Source of the DNA: a virus
IMG/VR virus record: IMGVR_UViG_3300036773_000146
Span: 85,736-149,735 of that record
Reading direction: 5' to 3' (one strand)
DNA length: 64,000 bases
Part shown: positions 58,842 to 64,000 of the stretch, piece by piece
Numbering within the stretch: position 1 is the stretch's first letter
Layout of the letters: each line of letters begins with the position of its first letter
Translations under genes and position numbers: made by a program
Notes under the pieces: model-generated
Databases searched by the model: none
What the model saw: the letters and a program-made list of their open reading frames with translations, nothing else
What the model was told of the DNA's origin: nothing

Positions 58842-58880
58842 AAAAAGGGGTCCGGGTACAGGCGACTCCGGGACCCCTTT
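58842..58880 (-). terminator. Intrinsic terminator overlapping a late-promoter-like motif
   Basis: AAAGGGGTCC...GGACCCCTTTTT on the - strand. Confidence 0.65.
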
Positions 58881-58893
58881 GGTCACACTCCGG

Positions 58894-59301
58894 TCAGTTC
58901 ACGTAACTCATGCGCACCAGCAGGCCCTTGACCGCCGTCTGCATCTCGTCGGTGGTCAGAGAGACCGAGGGGTCGCCCTGCACCTTGGCCAGCAGAGCGC
59001 GGTAGGCCTGCACGGATTCGGGGATGCCCCAGTTCGGGTCGGGCACATGTGCGTCGATGGCCGCCTGCACCTTGGCTCGATCCACGGAGGAGGGCACCAC
59101 CCACAGGTAGCTCTCGATCGTGGCGCCCGGCATGCCCGGCGTGGCGGACGTCGTGGCCATCTGCACGGGACTGCCGAGCGCCACGCCCAGTTCCTGCAAG
59201 AGCTGCTGCTGGTTGAACGACTTGTTCAGGTCGAACCGGGCACAGTCCGGGAACGGCTGATAGGGCTCTTCCACCGTCTCGGGCGCGGTCGGGTTGGTCA
59301 T
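58894..59301 (-). CDS. Hypothetical protein
   Basis: GGAG RBS; high GC3. Confidence 0.65.
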   Translation of the reverse strand: MTNPTAPETVEEPYQPFPDCARFDLNKSFNQQQLLQELGVALGSPVQMATTSATPGMPGATIESYLWVVPSSVDRAKVQAAIDAHVPDPNWGIPESVQAYRALLAKVQGDPSVSLTTDEMQTAVKGLLVRMSYVN

Positions 59302-59313
59302 GGCTCTCCCAGG

Positions 59314-61581
59314 TCAGAGGAACAGGCCGGACGGGTCGACCTCGCCGTTGAGCATGGCCTCCTCCAGCAGGGCGTAGTGCGTCCCGTCGATCTTCAGGTC
59401 ACCGAAGTTGCGGGCGCGGGCGTCCTCGGCGCCCTCGTTGATCAGCTCGCGTTGCTCGGCCGGGCTGAACTCGGTCAGAGCCGACTTGCTCAGGTGCGAC
59501 CGTGCGGCCGCCGCGATGTCGTCGGCGTCCGCGTCCGTGGGCATCATCAGGGCCTGCGCGGCCGCCGACTTCTGGAAGTCGGCCACGATCTCCGCCGCCG
59601 TCCGCGACGAGTGGTAGGTGTTCGGGGTGGCCGAGCCGCCGTCCTGCAACGTGATGCCGGGCGTCGACTGGTACGGGTCCGGCTGGGCCTCATCATCCGG
59701 AACCGGGTCGAGGTCCTCCTGGCTGAACTCCGGGTGGTACTCGGCGCCGCCGTCCGTGGAGGGCAGCGCGGGCTCCGGCTGCGCGTGCAGCGTGGAGTCG
59801 AAGGACATGTTCGTGGTGAGGCTGGTCGGGCTGGCGTCGAGGTTGTCCCAGTTGGACGGGTCGTCGGACGTGGCGAACCCGGTGCTGACCGGGTTCTTCG
59901 AGGTGGAGTGCTCCGGCTCGGACAGGTTGCGGCCCGGCTGGCTGACCGTGGTGTTGCTGATCGGGTCCCAGCTGGAGGCCGTTTTGGCCGTGTCCAGGCT
60001 GGCCCGTTCGATCTCCTTCCACGGCGTGTTCGCCTTGACCTCCGGGCGCAGGTTCGGGATCTTCTTTGCGTGCTCGACAGACCACCAGGCAGCCTGCTCA
60101 TGGTGGTCACCCTTGGGGTCGTCAGGGTTGGGCACGACGCGACCGTCCTTCATGGACAGATCCTTCTCGGATGGGATCACCACCACGTGGCCCTGGTACA
60201 CCCCATTCGGACTGGTCCAGGTGTGCTTGACGACGCCGTGCAGCGGAAACTCCTGGCCAACCTCCTCTTCGAACTCGCGGATGCCCGCGTGCAGGCTGGT
60301 GAGGTCGCCGGACTCGTGGTGGCCACCAGGCATTTCCCAGGTACCCGCCGCCGGATCCTTCTCGTCCTCCAGGCCGCGTTGGAGCATCAGCACGCGGCCG
60401 GTGTCGTGCGCTTTCAGGGCGATACCGGAGACCGTCGGGCCGGGAGTGTCTTCCTTGGCCGCGAGCACCGGGCCCAGCTCGCCAGCGTCCACCATGTCCA
60501 GCGCAGCCTCATGGTGGCCCTCCTCGACGTGTGCGGTCTTCCACAGCTCGCGCGCGGCGGCGTGCTTCATACCGGTCTGGATCAGGGTGCCGATGATCTC
60601 GGCCGGGTCGACATCGTCGGCCCGGAGGTGGGCCACGGCCACGGCGGCCAGCGAGCCTTCGTACGGGCGTGCGAAGACACTCTGCCCGTTGTCCGGGTCG
60701 TACTTGACCACGGTGGGCACCGTGCGCGCGGGCTCGGCCGGATGGATCTCCTTGCCGAACATGCCTTGGGACTGGGCCTCGAACTGGAGGGCCAGGGCGT
60801 GCGAGCACTTGCGGCCCTCGAAGTGCTTGAAAGCCGGGGACCGGTCGAAGGCGTAGGCGGCCCAGGCGCAGCCGCAGGTCCAGTCGGCGACCTTGTGCGT
60901 GCCGGGCCGGAACACGAGGATCGCCTCGTAGGTGTGCTTGTCGCCCTTCACCTGGCCGCCGATGCCGTCGTTGGAGGCGATGACGATGGTCACGCCGCCC
61001 TCGGCGCGGATGCGCTTGGCCTTGCGCTGCACGTCGGCCCATGACGCGGTGACTTCGAAGCCCAGTTCCCGGTCGCGGGCGGCGGTACGCAGGATGCCCA
61101 TGAAGTCGAGGTTCTTGCGGGCGCGCCACTTCGCCTCGTCGGTGGGCCGGTGCAGGTCCTCCAGCGCGGCGTTGGCCGGATGGTCGAGGTTCATGTGCGG
61201 TCCCGCCGGATCCTCGTACTTGTCCAGGAAGGCTTGGCCGGACGGCGACTTGGCGCCGTGATCGAACATGTGGGCCGGGTGCTGGCCGCGCAGCTCGTCC
61301 ATCATGGCCGAGCCGACACCCCGGCCCCGATCGCCGTACGTCTTGATCATGTGGATGGCGACGGTCGGATGCGGGTGGCCGTCGGGAGTCGCGCTGTAGT
61401 TGAGGATGCCGTCCGGACGACCCCGCTCGCTGCCGGGCAGGTGGGCGTAGATCTGCCGATGCGCCCAGCCCGGGTGCGTTTGCTCGTTCTCGTACTCGTA
61501 CGGATCGATGCCGGTCGTGAAGCGAAGGCCCTCCGGCGGCTCCGGGTGGTTGCGCGAGGGCATCGCCGTGCGGTGGTCCAT
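59314..61581 (-). CDS. Multidomain head-region protein: GNAT-like, SWIM zinc finger, Nudix, acidic tail
   Basis: RGRGVGSAMM...SPSGQAF; WTCGCAW...KCSHALA; WEMPGG...AGIREFEEEVG Nudix box. Confidence 0.8.
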   Translation of the reverse strand: MDHRTAMPSRNHPEPPEGLRFTTGIDPYEYENEQTHPGWAHRQIYAHLPGSERGRPDGILNYSATPDGHPHPTVAIHMIKTYGDRGRGVGSAMMDELRGQHPAHMFDHGAKSPSGQAFLDKYEDPAGPHMNLDHPANAALEDLHRPTDEAKWRARKNLDFMGILRTAARDRELGFEVTASWADVQRKAKRIRAEGGVTIVIASNDGIGGQVKGDKHTYEAILVFRPGTHKVADWTCGCAWAAYAFDRSPAFKHFEGRKCSHALALQFEAQSQGMFGKEIHPAEPARTVPTVVKYDPDNGQSVFARPYEGSLAAVAVAHLRADDVDPAEIIGTLIQTGMKHAAARELWKTAHVEEGHHEAALDMVDAGELGPVLAAKEDTPGPTVSGIALKAHDTGRVLMLQRGLEDEKDPAAGTWEMPGGHHESGDLTSLHAGIREFEEEVGQEFPLHGVVKHTWTSPNGVYQGHVVVIPSEKDLSMKDGRVVPNPDDPKGDHHEQAAWWSVEHAKKIPNLRPEVKANTPWKEIERASLDTAKTASSWDPISNTTVSQPGRNLSEPEHSTSKNPVSTGFATSDDPSNWDNLDASPTSLTTNMSFDSTLHAQPEPALPSTDGGAEYHPEFSQEDLDPVPDDEAQPDPYQSTPGITLQDGGSATPNTYHSSRTAAEIVADFQKSAAAQALMMPTDADADDIAAAARSHLSKSALTEFSPAEQRELINEGAEDARARNFGDLKIDGTHYALLEEAMLNGEVDPSGLFL

Positions 61582-63884
61582 CAGTCCTCCGTACCGAGTG
61601 CCGTGCGCATCTGGGCGGCGATGCGGTGCAGGGCGGCCGTGCTCTGCGGCGTGCGGGCCAACTGCTCCGCGCGCTGTTTCATGGCTTCATCACGACGCTG
61701 CTGGCGTTCCGGCGTCATGACCTCGGCGAGATCGATCCCGGGCCGCTTGCTCGCACGCGGCGACGGGTAAGGACAGAGGTGGTTGGTGCAGTACTTGGTC
61801 TTCACGCCGTCCGGATGATCCACCCTGTCCAGATGATCTTTGATCTGACTCTTCAGGCTCTGCGCGCGAGTAACTCGTTGCTGGGCCAGCTCTTCATCCG
61901 AGACCGCGTCTGCATGGCCCGTACCGCCGCAGTCCTCGCACGTCTCACGGCGCATCCGATAGGCATCCGGATCCTCATCGGGGTGGATGTCCTGCTTCTC
62001 TTGGTAACTGGGGTCGGGCTCCTCAATGTCGTAGTGGCCCTTGCCGCCGCACTCCGGACACGGACCGGCCGGGATGGCACCCTCGGCCGTCAGCGAGCCT
62101 TTCGCGTGCATGAGCGCCATCGGGCCCGGCTCCGAGATCGGGCACACCTGCTGCTGCCAGGGTGTCTCCCACGGACACGGCCCCCGGTCCTGGGGGATGG
62201 CCAGGGACACGGCCGTGGAGTCACCGGGGAAGGTGCAGCGAGCCTCGCGGCGCCAGGTGCACCAGTCGTGCCCGGCCAGGGCGGCCGTGGTGTTCAGCGC
62301 TGCGGCAGTGCCTGCAAGTCCTGCTCCACCTTCGCGAGCGCCTGCTGCACCTCGGGCGTCTGCTCCTTGGCCTCCAGCTCCATGCGCAGCTGCTGGAGCT
62401 GTTCCGCGTTCGGCAGCTTCGTCGTCATGGATGCCCTCCAGGTGGTGCCCGACGGCCTGCGCGGCCGGGCTGGGATTCGGCGAGTGATGGTGCTCAGCAT
62501 AAAGCTCGGCGACCAGTTCGTTCGGACTCGTCGCCGCGTAGGTGCCCACGTGGTTGATGATGTGCTCGCGGTTGCGCTGGACCCAGTCGTCCGCATCCTT
62601 GCCGTGCCCCATGCCGTGAAACGGCTCGGCGCCCGGGATGTGCCGGGACACGTCGTGCAGCATGGCCGAGCGTGCCGTGGTGCTTTTCAAGGATCGGTCA
62701 CCGAATTGCTTGTCGTCCATGAAATGGCCGAACTCGTGCGCGGTGACATGCCCGAGTAGTGACCGCGCACCCGACTTCGCGAACCAGGGCGTGTCCGGGT
62801 GGTTGCCCTCGTGCTCATCATGAGCCAGATCGTGGCGGATGGTGATGTCGCCCCGGCCGTACATGCCCAGCGCGTTATCGGGCAACCCGGCATTATCGTG
62901 AGGGTGCTCGATGTTGACCGAGGGCCAGCCGATGTGGTGCCCGACTGCACTGCTCATGCGCCGGATGTTGCCGGACAGGTGGGTCGCCACGGCGGCCTTG
63001 GCGTCCGGACGCACGTCGGCGAGAGTGCGGAAGTTGAACCGGGGCACACCGTGCTCCCGGTGATGCGCGGCCAGCGGGTGGTCTTCGTCGGCGTAGTCGC
63101 TGTTGTCCTCGTAGCGGTGGCTGAGGTGTTCGTAGTGCTGGCTGAGCTTGTCGAAGCGCTCGCCGGGGCTGTCGTCGTGGCTCAGCAGCGGGAGACCGGA
63201 CTCGCGGACCTGGTCGTTCTCTTTGGCGCCCGCCTCGTGCAGCGCGGCCGCCGTGCTCACCCGTGCGTCGAAGTCGATCAGGTCGTTGATTCCGGCCTGG
63301 CCGCCTGCGCCGGACGCGCCCGAGGCCGGATCGACGGTGGCGCTCGGATGGTTCGAGGGGTCACCGATCAGCTCCGGCGTCCACTGCGCGCCGGGGTGCG
63401 CCGACATGGTGCCGCCGCAGGTGGCGCAGGTAGCCTGCTTGACCCGGCCGTTGTCGGTCTGGCCGGTGAAGTCCTGAGAGCCGCAGTACGAGCACGAGTC
63501 CGGCTGGTCGGTGTCCCGCAGCTGCGCACCCTCCTCCGGTGCCTCAGCGGCCTGCTGAGCGGCCGCGAAGGTGAGCTTCCCGGGGTCGGGACGGTCATAC
63601 AGGATGGTCCCTAGCTCCTCGTAGTCCTCCGAGGCCACGTGCAGACCGGCGGCCTCGTGACCGGACGCGGTGCGGGGGTGATGCAGCGCGCTGAGCTGGC
63701 CCGAGGAATAGTCGCCGCCGCCCATGCCGTTGTGCAGCTCGACCCGGTAATTCTCGTTCCCCGGGACCGGGCCGTCGGACACCTCGATGACCGTGCCGGG
63801 GTATCCGTCGACCGTCTGGACCACATCGCCGGGGCGGTGGTCCCAGTACTGGTCGTTGTCCATCGCGTGGCGACGGTGGGTCAT
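61581..63884 (-). CDS. Multidomain head-region protein with zincin (HExxH) domain and zinc ribbons
   Basis: PGDVVQTVDG SH3/KOW-like start; CSYC/CATC; AHEFGHFMD...YAATSPNELVAE; CPECGGKG and CEDCGGTG. Confidence 0.75.
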   Translation of the reverse strand: MTHRRHAMDNDQYWDHRPGDVVQTVDGYPGTVIEVSDGPVPGNENYRVELHNGMGGGDYSSGQLSALHHPRTASGHEAAGLHVASEDYEELGTILYDRPDPGKLTFAAAQQAAEAPEEGAQLRDTDQPDSCSYCGSQDFTGQTDNGRVKQATCATCGGTMSAHPGAQWTPELIGDPSNHPSATVDPASGASGAGGQAGINDLIDFDARVSTAAALHEAGAKENDQVRESGLPLLSHDDSPGERFDKLSQHYEHLSHRYEDNSDYADEDHPLAAHHREHGVPRFNFRTLADVRPDAKAAVATHLSGNIRRMSSAVGHHIGWPSVNIEHPHDNAGLPDNALGMYGRGDITIRHDLAHDEHEGNHPDTPWFAKSGARSLLGHVTAHEFGHFMDDKQFGDRSLKSTTARSAMLHDVSRHIPGAEPFHGMGHGKDADDWVQRNREHIINHVGTYAATSPNELVAELYAEHHHSPNPSPAAQAVGHHLEGIHDDEAAERGTAPAAAHGAGGQGADARGAAGAREGGAGLAGTAAALNTTAALAGHDWCTWRREARCTFPGDSTAVSLAIPQDRGPCPWETPWQQQVCPISEPGPMALMHAKGSLTAEGAIPAGPCPECGGKGHYDIEEPDPSYQEKQDIHPDEDPDAYRMRRETCEDCGGTGHADAVSDEELAQQRVTRAQSLKSQIKDHLDRVDHPDGVKTKYCTNHLCPYPSPRASKRPGIDLAEVMTPERQQRRDEAMKQRAEQLARTPQSTAALHRIAAQMRTALGTED
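62294..62428 (-). CDS. Nested out-of-frame 44-aa helical protein
   Basis: GGAGG RBS; MTTKLPNAEQLQQLRMELEAKEQTPEVQQALAKVEQDLQALPQR; nearly all codons end in G/C in this frame. Confidence 0.55.
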   Translation of the reverse strand: MTTKLPNAEQLQQLRMELEAKEQTPEVQQALAKVEQDLQALPQR

Positions 63885-63933
63885 GGCGGCCTCCTCGCCT
63901 GTTGGGCAGGCCGCAGCCGCCGGGAAGCAGGTC

Positions 63934-64000
63934 CTAGACGACTTCCTCGTCCCAGTCCTGCTGCCACTTCTCGCTCGTGGCGATGGTCACGTGCTTGCGC
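63934..64000 (-). CDS. 3' end of an upstream gene (possibly portal)
   Basis: ...RKHVTIATSEKWQQDWDEEVV*; identity inferred from position only. Confidence 0.4.
   Translation of the reverse strand, partial: RKHVTIATSEKWQQDWDEEVV

Noticed and set aside
1-64000. tRNA, rRNA, integrase or IS elements
   Set aside because: None recognised by eye; intergenic gaps are short. tRNAscan-SE/Infernal would be needed to exclude small RNAs.

Overview
High-GC (roughly two-thirds G+C by eye) segment of a large contractile-tailed actinobacterial phage or prophage. Gene order resembles Bxz1/E3-type myoviruses (inference). Almost all real genes lie on the - strand. Reading right to left: multidomain head-region proteins, a membrane/collagen cluster, prohead protease, scaffold, decoration protein, major capsid, head/neck fibres, sheath, tube, frameshifted tail chaperones, tape measure, baseplate, a lysis cassette, and a complete replication module (SNF2 helicase, 5'-3' exonuclease, DnaB, intein-containing primase, SSB, DnaE). 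A short + strand island (HTH, iteron-containing initiator, DnaC-like loader, DinG) and two free-standing endonucleases interrupt this order. The most notable signals are: (1) head-region 'polyproteins' whose cargo domains (GNAT, SWIM, Nudix, zincin, a glycosylase-like insert) are bounded by a recurring [RK]-T-A motif also present in the protease, scaffold and capsid, suggesting a protease-released virion cargo system; (2) a nested out-of-frame gene inside one of these proteins; (3) a CTGT-N22-CAA-N5-GA motif upstream of about 9 late genes; (4) 22-bp iterons inside the initiator gene; (5) a shared MANFN[KR]G N-terminus on SSB and primase. All functional calls come from motif recognition by eye; no database searches were run.
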